Positions 55,346-64,000 of a stretch of 64,000 bases of DNA are shown here, in pieces. The stretch is taken from contig CM035362.1 in NCBI GenBank assembly GCA_020137815.1, positions 5,642,001 through 5,706,000 on the forward strand, written 5' to 3'. The first letter of the stretch is position 1. Each line of letters begins with the position of its first letter. The position numbers and the translations under genes are program-made. The notes under the pieces are model-generated. The model ran no database searches. It saw nothing but the letters and a program-made list of their open reading frames with translations, and was not told the DNA's origin. Source of the DNA: Hormiphora californensis (lineage: Eukaryota; Animalia; Ctenophora).

Positions 55346-57965
55346 AATCTGGGGGTAAATGGGAGTTCCGGTAAATCGGGGTCCGACTGTAGCACAAGTG
55401 AAGGTATGATGAAGCCTACACAGTGGAAGTTATACACACAGTACACACACACGTGTTTGGACGACACGTAAAGCTGCTACACACATGATGTGATGTACAA
55501 GCCTAGTAGACAAGAAGAGAACAGTGTAGACGAAGGAGGGTAAATGTATGAGGGGGGGGTGGGAGATAGCGGGGGAAGGGGGGAGGGACATGGTGAGGGG
55601 GGCATAGGGGGAAGAGAAACATAGCGGAGGGGGAAATAGCGGGGGGGGGGGGGGGGGGGGGGGTAGGTCATGGTGAGGAAGGGAGCTGGAGAGAGGGGGA
55701 AATAGAGGGGCAAGGGAAGGGAGCTGGGGTGAGGAACAATATCAGAGGGCAAGGGAACTGGGTATTAGGGTAATTGCGAGTCAAAAATCAAACACAGCAC
55801 CATTTATCTGTTGTTTTTCAACTTTTAAAACGAGTAAATATATCATCAGGGGTAAAACCACAGAAAAACATAACTCTCGCGCTGGGCCCTGATTAACACT
55901 TTATATCTCTCTTTCACTCTCTGTCGTCCCTCTTTCCCGGTCCACGAGGGGGAGGGCAGTATTGGGTAGTTACAATAAATATACTAGCCTGCTCCACCTC
56001 GGAACGGGAAGATGGATACCTCACAAACTGGCTAACCATTATATTTATCAACCACGTATGTACGCCAAGAATGTATTTTATTCAATTGGTGTCACGTGTA
56101 ATATTGGTAGGCCAGTCTGAGAGACATGGTTATATTAACCAACTAATTAACTAATTAATGGTCAACATGGTGGGGATGATGGGTTTCAAGAGCTGGCCCA
56201 GCTTTGTAAACTGCCCAATCGGGGCATCGTAAAAAGAAAATAATTGCGAACACACTGACCTACAAACTTATCGTAGGGTTTACTAAAACTTATTTTTCTT
56301 CAGTCTTGTTTCTCTCTTCTTTTTCTCATCATTTCTCTGTTTCTCTCCCCAACTCATGCACTTTAGTAAAACTAAAAAAATACTCAGGAACCGGCCGACA
56401 ACCAATCAGAACTCGTTATGTAGGTCACGTGACTGGTTATCAGCCAATCAGGGACCAGTAGTTCCTGATTCGGTCGGTTCCGAAAATACTGAACACTCAC
56501 ATCCATTTTCTGTGATGTAGCTAGGCGGGTGCAGACTGAATATAATCGAAGAAGGGAATGGTTGGGGTGTTCCCCATTAATTAGGGGACAAGATAATTGG
56601 GGGAGGGACAAGATAATTAGGGGATAATTAGGGGACAAGATAATTGACTTAACATTTGATGTCGTCACACTTTGTGTGGAAACTGTGCAACTGGAATGGG
56701 TTTTAATCTAATTCTAGCTATTGGGTAAGATGGAAACTGTTGAAGCAAGACAATGTAATGCGAGTTATGCTGCACCCGCCTAGTTCACCAATAATGGAAA
56801 GCGAGAATTTGGCTTTCATTAAAAAATGTTGTTCATCGCACGCATTTTAGTGTGTCTGGTGGGTTTATATGAAATATAATTAACAAAATTATTGCGCAAT
56901 TTCACTCACACAACCTCATGGTTACCGACTATCTTAAATTAAATCGGCTTAAAAAATAAACGTTTTTCAAAAAAAGGAAAGGGGTAAAAAACCAGACACG
57001 AATAAAGTGGGAGCATTATATCTCCGATGTTGAGGGTCGGAGAGAGAGTCCGTCTGGGAGAGATAGAGTGTTGCTGTATGAGTTGTTATCCCATATAATC
57101 CCAGGGGGAGGAGCTCTAGGACAAATTCACCCACCCAGAGCAAATAAACTATCTTGCGATCATCTAATGAGAACCAAGTTGCGAATTTAATTGCCCTGAG
57201 TGGAGTGTTGCTTGCTCAAAAACCTCCCCTTGGGATTATAAAGTTTGCACGCACACACACAAGGGGGATGGGATGTTTCTCCTCAACTTGTGCGGTTTGT
57301 TATAGATTGCTATGTAGGATAAACGTCGTACAAGTCGATCCTTTTACACCACTAAACAGGATTCGATAACACCCATACAGACACTCGGGGGTAGGGGTAT
57401 TTAGAGGGCAGGAGTTGCACTAGGAGGTGCACCCTCTAGATACCCGGGGGAAGAACTTTTTAGGCCGCCAAACCTTGTTTATACTTGCTTATATAGAAGC
57501 AGTGTTTACTCATTTTTAACACGATTTAACACGTGTTTTTTAGACACCGAAAGAACAGACAGAAATCACATGGGAGACAGATTGAAGTGTGTGGGGTACT
57601 AGAATGGCAGTCATCTAACACACGGTCGACTTGCTCATGATAGCGGCCCTACTAACTTGACAACTTGCCCCGTAAAGTAGATAACATTGTGTTCTTCTGA
57701 ATCGAACAAGCCCAAGATGGTCGCATATATTTAAGTCCAAAACAGAATCTTAGGGACGTTCAAATGCGTGATTCCCAAAGATTCTGTTTAGGAGTTGAGT
57801 GACCCTCCAATCAGAACTCGTTATTTAGGTCACGTGACTGGTTATCAGCCAATCAGGGACCAGTATTTCCTGAGCGACCCTCTTGGACTCCTACGATTCA
57901 TCCAAGCTGTACACAACATCATCAACTGTACGGAATTGTAAACTGATAGTAGCAGCCCCTTGCAG

Positions 57966-58074
57966 CAGGAACCGACCTAAACAAGTAAACAACCAATCAG
58001 AGCTCGCTATTTAGGTCACGTGACTGGTTATCAGCCAATAAGGGACCAGTATTTCCTTATTCGGTCGGTTCCTG
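57966..58074 (+). mobile_element. ~109-bp hAT-like MITE; other copies at 22051-22108, 22258-22315, 41369-41461, 56385-56482, 57807-57872, 58490-58581, 59928-60036, 62599-62707
   Basis: TIR caggaaccgacc/ggtcggttcctg; 8-bp TSDs ccttgcag, ctgctcac, aaaatact. Confidence 0.88.
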
Positions 58075-60430
58075 CCTTGCAGAGTCTGAACTTGTAATAG
58101 ACTAAGAAGGTAGTATATTCATCTCCAGTCAGTACCGTAACACACACTTGATCCTGTCTCACTTGATTATACTGCTTCTTAAGGTGTACTACATGATAGT
58201 GGGGGAGACTATTTGATTTGCAAAGTTCCAATGAATACCGTGATACAAAATGTTATCATGTACCCAAAAGAACACATCGTACTAGTCTCGTCAACTAAAT
58301 ATTTATATATTTATATATAACATACAGCACGCACCAACGTGACACCATCTAGCGTTCTTTTACAAGATGGGTAAGGTGGCGTCACGGGTACGGAAATCGA
58401 AGAAAAAAAAGGACTGTTTAAACTCCGTCTTTGGTTGGCTTAACGGCCCGCCCGACCCATCCACGCCAACCCGACCCACATACAACAACCAGGAACCGAC
58501 CAATCAGAACTCGTTATTTAGGTCACGTGACTGGTTATCAGCCAATCAGGGACCAGTATTTCCTGATTCGGTCGGTTCCTGATACACAACCCAGCCACTG
58601 AGCAACAGGTAGTAATATTATATACAAAAGGGGGAAGACTGGGGGTCCATGCTCCCAAAAGTGCGCTAAAGATTCACCAGGGAATTTATAGGCACAATGG
58701 GGGAGATGGAACAACCATGCTGCTCAGTGGAGGGTGCACACCATATTTGGTCATCACGTGTGACAACATAATGACCATATTTGGTCATCACGTGTGACAA
58801 CATGATGCCCATATATGGTAACAATGTGTTATATGGGGCTGGGAATCGGAGGGGGTGCCCGACATTCCGGCAGAAGTAGTTGTCTGACATTCAGACTGGT
58901 CATTCATACCGACACGGTGCACGCTACCCTCGGGATGGAATGTATTAGGAGATACAGCACGTGATGCATGCCATGTACCCTGATAGTAGAGGACACGTGG
59001 CAACGAAATTACCCTTCGTAGGTAATATTATTAATAGTAAGGTGCACGTTTTAGCGTACCCACAAGGTAGGGGTAATTTCGTTACCAAGTATACACTAAC
59101 GTAGTACGTGCACAAAAAATGCACGTCATGCTGTAAGAACATGCATGTGGTGCACGTTTTTTGCACGTACCCAGCTAGTGTCCTCTACTACTAAGGACAT
59201 GACATGGTGATACATTTTGAAGCTCTACCTCTCTGATATTGAGGGTATATAAACTTAAACACACAGCACTCTTTCAGATGCGGTATTGTACACATGGTTG
59301 AAAGATGTGCTATATATCACAGTTAGAGCTGTCTTCGTTACCATATTTGGTCACCACGTGATGATGCCCATATATGGTAATGTAAATATCACATTTTTCG
59401 TCGCTGTATTTTCTCCATGGTTAGTTAATCGGACCAACACGTTATGTGCGAAGCAAACTGCGATACCTGTGTACAATGTGGCACTATATATTATATTGAG
59501 GACTAAGCAAAAACCAACCCAAAAAGTAGTATCTCCGGTTCCTGGTGAGAGAGAATAGACTTCATCTATTCCGAAACAACTGAGATGAGGTCTCTATCTC
59601 ACCAGGAACCGGAGATATATGACCAAAAAAAGAATAGTCATTTTGGGTTCTTTTTTACTTTCCAGAATAAATTATTACACACGCTATGATCTGGAAATGA
59701 GGAACAAACTGAGACACGAGCACGCGTGTCGTTATAAAGTCTCAGTTGGCATATCGCCAGATCTCAACAATGTAACATATTATCCAAGCTGTCATTATAT
59801 TATATAGCGACACATTAGCATACAGGTATCGGTTAAAATGGAAAAATAATGCAATTGTCCTGGCTTTAAGGTAGTGTAAGGGGTAGCTGATCTGGTCATG
59901 GTGTTCCTCAGCCTAACTAAACTAAACCAGGAACCGACCGGACCAAGTAAACAGCCAATCAGAGCTTGTTATTTAGGTCACGTGACTGGTTATCAGCCAA
60001 TCAGGGACCAGTATTTCCTGATTCGGTCGGTTCCTGAACCAAACCTAGTCTAAAAAGAGTTCCCGCCATGTAATCAAAATGGTGTGAAAACTGTGGGAAG
60101 ATCTTTTTAGATTAGGTTTTTAGATACACGACGCATGGGATTGGAGAGAGCTCTTTAGGTTTTTGTATCTTTTAGTATCTAGACAGGTACATGCAGATTC
60201 TCCTACATTGTGGTCTAGGCGAAGCTGTGCACAAGAGAATTTCTAAAAGATAGAAATCCTATATTGTGGGAGAGAGAGAAAGAGAGGAGGGAGATAGATA
60301 GAGATCTAGAGAGAGAACGAGGGAGATAGATAGAGAAAGATAGAGAGAAAGATAGAGAGAGAGAGGAGGGAGAGAGAGGGAGATAGAGAAAGAGGGAGAT
60401 AGATAGAGAAAGATAGAGAGAAAGATAGAG

Positions 60431-60463
<33 letters not shown>

Positions 60464-61396
60464 TAGAGAGAGCGAGAGGGAGATAGACAGAGAAAGATAG
60501 AGCGAGGGATAGAGAGAGGGATAGAGAAAGATAAAGATAAAGATAAAGAAAGAGGAAAAGAGAGACTCTCTCAAAGCCCATGGCCACATACTAATATTTT
60601 GTCAGTAGAGTCAGGTTTGTCTTGGTGCACGAGCTACACAGTAACAGAGAACTATCATCACCATCTAACATGAGCAACCATGAAAGGTCACATGACTATA
60701 ATTATGTCGCATGGTAAACAATGACAATAGCTGGTAGTCAAAGAGGAAGAATGCTATCACCTGATCACCATGGTAACATGGTAACAGGAATGCTATCACC
60801 TGATCACCATGGTAACACCATGGTAACAGAGGAGCATCCTTCCTCTTAGACCTAACCAAACATCTCAATACATGTATAGTTCACACACACATGACAAGTA
60901 ATCCTCTGAGGAACGTGGAGGGGTGTGTTCCACATTTTAGCAGACATATTTGCACGACAATCATGCTGGTCAATCATACTAACAGGAAACACGCCACACT
61001 CCGACCAATGTATATTGAGTTAATTAACTAATTAATTAATAGTAGGAGCACGCTTAGATCATGCACGTGCAAACGTGTTAGTAACCTAAACTTCTGGTGG
61101 CGTACGTGCATGATTTAAGCGCTTCTACTATTAATTAATTAGTTAATTGGGTGACGAAGTTTGGATGTAATTGGACACCAATTAGCACGTTAATTGGATG
61201 TCTATACACCAGAGTCCCCTGTACACTCGAAATATATACAATAAATCAGCTGACCCGATATATGCAGAACAATGCAGATAAAATATCTCTATAATTTAAT
61301 TAAGAGAGAGAAAACACAATAATCTCAGTATGAAGGTTTGTCAGAATGTTGAGTTTTGGAATTCAAATAGAAGCCAAGTACAGTCAAATGTACATA

Positions 61397-61501
61397 CAGG
61401 GTGTCTCAAACATTGTTGACAACGGTTACCATGGTTACAACGGTTACCATGGCTCAGCAGTCTGACACTGCACCGTTACTAAGAACCAATGAAACACCCT
61501 G
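61397..61501. mobile_element. Short Tc1/mariner-like MITE
   Basis: TA|CAGGGTGT...ACACCCTG|TA. Confidence 0.65.
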
Positions 61502-62314
61502 TATATTAGGAAGATCAAGTCTCCTAAAATTGACTTCTAATTGAAATCCAGTGACACATTCTGAAAAACATTCACCAAAGAAAGATGTGTTACCGTTCTC
61601 AAAATAAATTACCATCACAACAAATATTATTTATATTTATATGCTTATTATAGGGCGGTTAACGAGGGATAATGTCTATTTTGAAATACTTATTTAATTC
61701 AAAACAGACAATAGAATAAATTGTGCGATTGTACATTACATATACTTGTAATGTGTGTATAATGTATAACGCACATGCAATCCATGTACAACGAATGTGA
61801 ATGTTTTCAAGTTTTAAAATGTTGTACATGAATTGTATTGTAATATGTAAACAGAAAAGTACACACTCGTGTGTAACCATATTTGTACAATAATATTCCC
61901 TTTGGTAGAGTGGAGATCTTAGTGTGATAAATATCAAGAACTGTCAAGTTCAAGATAACAATCTGATGGAAGGAATCTCAGAAATCTCCAAACACTCATA
62001 TCGAAAAAGTTTATGTACATTGAAACATGTATATGTATGTCACAGTTTATGTCACATGTTAGGCGAGTCAGAGATGTATATATCATATTGCTCTGCGAAT
62101 GATCTCTAGTCTCTTTTGTTATTTTACCGATTATACATCTCTAACATCGCCAACTCGATTTCATACTGTGTGAAAAGTGTCCCCGCAATATCTTGCGTCG
62201 TGTGTGTTAAGAACATAAATGAGAACTGAGATTAAAAGCATGTTAAACATGTTAAACAATTTAACATGTTAAACATGTTAAACACTAACATGTACTAACA
62301 TGTTAAGCAATGTT

Positions 62315-64000
62315 TCAGGATCCACCCGACTTGGTACTTCCCGTGCTGCTCGATTTGGAACGGGGTTCCGCTGAGGAATCATCGTTTTCACTGCCTAGAA
62401 AGAGAGAGTGATATTAGGGGGAGAGAGGGAGAGAGGGCGGTATTAGGACCGTCAGATATAATGTGTGTGTTTTAGTGTAAGTAAGTCATTGGCATAATAA
62501 TTAATTATATGTCCCGTATATGTATTCAGCCCTAAAAAAGTTTATCGGCCAAAATCAGAGTACAGATTGACTTTTTTAGGGCTGGACACAGTATTGCTCA
62601 GGAACCGACCGAATCAAGAAATACTGGTCCTTGATTGGCTGATAACCAGTCACGTGACCTAAATAACGAGTTCTGATTGGTTGTTTACTTGTATCGGTCG
62701 ATTCCTGGTATTCCAGTACTTACTTCCACTTCCTTGGTTGACCATCTTCAAGATGAGGGGAAGATACGCGAGGAGATCAGACGAATTTTCCATCATCAGC
62801 CCAGAGAACTTGTGGTACAGCTTCTTATTACTGCTCTTTAGACTTTGTAACACGCTCTTCATCATGACGATCTTCTCGATGACTTCCCTGGCTCCCTCCC
62901 CATTTCCCCCGCTCCTCCGAGCACTGCTACCTCCACTCCTCGTCTCCAAATGGTCCGTCTTCTGGCTCTTGTCCGAGTCATTGCCGGGGTTTGGAATCTG
63001 GGGATTGTCGTTACTCGACGTGGAGGGAGGGGACGGGGTGAGGGAGTTGGTTGTTGCGGTGTTGTTACTGTTACAACTCGATCGGTTACCACCAGATCCC
63101 GTACTACTGCCACTCGCGAAGAAATCAAACATGCTGCTCGTGTCAGAACACGTCCGAGTATTGGTGTCCTTATCGGAGAGGGTCAGGGAGGAACCACAGT
63201 TGCTGCTTGAACCCATGGTTGTGTTGAGGGTGTATGTGGTGGGAGTGGTATCCGGATTACTTGGGATCCCTACTCCTCCACTTGGCAACATGCCAGCCAC
63301 TGGGACAAACTTTCGGGAAGTAGAGTTCTTGAAGCAAAACTCAAACGCAGACTTCACTTGCACAACCGCGGTAGTTGATGGTTTTTCTGATGTAGATGGG
63401 ATATCGGGAGACCTCTCTTCTTCTTCTTCCTCCTCTTCCTGCTGATTCGTATCTGTGGAACTGATCAGGTATGGAGCGGGGGCACCGGTGATACCCTTTT
63501 TTAGCATGTTCTTCTTCTGCTTTTGGCTCCACATCTTCTTCACATCGACAATGTAAAGATCATCAGTCTTGTAGTCCTCGTAACCGACAGGCCAGATGTA
63601 TGTCTCACTATACTTGACGCCATGTTCCGTCCTCATGGGGTACCCTCGGGCCTGGACGAGGAGATAACTGTCTCCATCATAGAGTCGGAAAGTACAGGAA
63701 AAGAACCCGTTACGCTTCGTCTGGGACTCCATTTGGTCCAGAACGGGCAAGTCATCAGGGTGGAGAAGTGCGAGAAGAGATACCGGAGAACCCCGGAGGG
63801 GACTTAAGGCATCTTCCAGCAGCATATCCAGCCAGGAATGTGACTTGATGATCTCACATTCCCGGTTAATCCAGATCTCGAAACCGGTGTTGAACATGAA
63901 TGGATCACGGACAACGTCTCGACGGTCCGGTATCAGACCATATCCCATGAAGATCTTGGTGTTACCAGTGTTGGCTAGCGTCAGCACTCGTCCCTTGAGC
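62315..64000 (-). CDS. PAS-domain protein, 5'-partial (exons 62724->64000 and 62315-62394), Ser/Thr-rich tail
   Basis: LLALLHPDDLPVL...FFSCTFRLYDGDSYLLVQARG is a PAS/PAC-like pattern; GTAAGT donor at 62723 joins in phase 1 to the terminal exon. Confidence 0.7.

Overview
Eukaryotic, intron-rich animal genomic DNA. The repeat content resembles what I recall of ctenophore (Pleurobrachia-like) assemblies, but I cannot verify that here. There are two 100-N gaps and three stretches of error-rich, unpolished sequence (about 1-1380, 5040-6880, 36420-38340). Genes reconstructed by hand from GT/AG sites and phase-compatible exons: a secreted FTP/discoidin-like exon; two large head-to-head low-complexity orphan genes; an SLC38A7/8-like amino-acid transporter; an F-box gene whose 3' part is present in 2-3 copies; a putatively myristoylated orphan; two tandem Snf7/CHMP4 (ESCRT-III) paralogs with different intron positions; and a 5'-partial PAS-domain gene. 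Mobile DNA includes a young Penelope-like retroelement (RT + GIY-YIG) with an inverted 3' copy and two minimal hammerhead ribozymes, nested in a Helentron/HINE-like element. A second HINE-like element shows covarying terminal structures. There are also giant palindromic Harbinger-like and Chapaev-like elements and hAT- and Tc1/pogo-like MITEs. Two recurrent patterns stand out: tandem duplications that span splice junctions, and dense RFX X-box-like palindromes (GTTACCATGGTAAC) in intronic minisatellites.
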